A DNA stretch of 64,000 nucleotides from Callorhinchus milii (taxonomy: Eukaryota), in NCBI RefSeq assembly GCF_018977255.1, contig NW_024704743.1:1364001-1428000 (forward strand), read 5' to 3'. The position numbers and the translations under genes are program-made. This document shows, in pieces, positions 63,273 to 64,000 of this stretch (positions within the stretch are counted from its first letter, which is position 1; every line of letters begins with the position of its first letter). The notes beneath the pieces are model-generated. The model saw only the letters and a list, made by a program, of their open reading frames with translations, was not told the DNA's origin and searched no databases.

Positions 63273-64000
63273 CACCCAGAGGCCAGAACGTCGTCACGGC
63301 TGAGCTTTCTCGGATCTGCCTTCACTACCTTTATGAAGTTGCCGTTAGTACTTTACGGGGAGACTTAAAAGAAAAAATCAAGCCCTATAACCCATTGAAG
63401 GGGAAAGGGATTGAAATATCCCTCTTCCCACTTAAAAAAACAAGCTAGTCCCCTTATTAATAGAAGGGTGGGAGTACTCGTTGCGGAAGGAGAGGACGTT
63501 TGAACTTATTTATTCGTTGTAAATCTGTTTTTTTTTTACCTTTTCCAAACGCTCAGCGGTATCTCTTCAGAAGTCCGAGGGTATAGGAGACAGTGAGGTG
63601 TATAAACTTGCTGAGTAGTGGAGGGGAGCTATGAGGGTTTCTTTGTAAATCGGGTCATTTCAGTACTGGATTTTTTTTTAAAAAGAAAACCTGGCTCTTT
63701 GTATGTAGAAGTATGCTAAACCCTCTCCTCTCACCTTAAAGGAATCTTAAATCCCATCCAGCCCATGGGAGATGGTGGTGGAGGTCAGGAGCGTGATGAG
63801 TTTTGGGTGGGGGGTGGGTTTGGGGGTGGGGGGGCCACAGTCTCGACCCAAATTACAGCTTTTAAAACTGCCCGCGCACATGCCAGCGTTAATCAAACTG
63901 CACGTCAGTCTCTGTCGGAAGGACCACAAGGGTTGACTTGATGTGATCAGAAGGGACAGCTCGTGTGGGTGTGGGTGTGTGTGGGAGCCAGCAACAGCGA

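Overview
Eukaryotic vertebrate genomic DNA, not prokaryotic. The repeat families suggest a cartilaginous fish, probably a chimaera (inference). Two spliced genes lie head-to-head. (i) The 5' part of NKTR (cyclophilin-RS protein) is on the minus strand: five coding exons of 58/75/108/45/88 nt from the ATG at 19879 down to 4946, running off the left edge. A 28-nt frame-shifting 'poison' cassette exon (5859-5886) has three upstream UGCAUG motifs. (ii) A complete SEC22C CDS is on the plus strand (six exons, 57289-63272, 912 nt, 303 aa) with an out-of-frame upstream ATG. The rest is dominated by roughly 45-50 copies or fragments (manual count) of one tRNA-headed SINE, with L2 and CR1 LINE remnants and older Deu-type SINEs. 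The SINE and L2 share a 3' stem-loop. Less obvious items: a minimal hammerhead-ribozyme motif in a Penelope-like repeat (48690-48726, minus), a decayed Helitron-like ORF with 23-aa STPR-like repeats (22433-22870), a near-perfect 33-bp hairpin (49139-49225), a VNTR inside an L2, and C-rich/G-rich minisatellites around a 25-N gap next to a putative promoter. Almost all ORFs in the supplied track are spurious. Repeat boundaries are approximate; exon boundaries were read from GT-AG sites.
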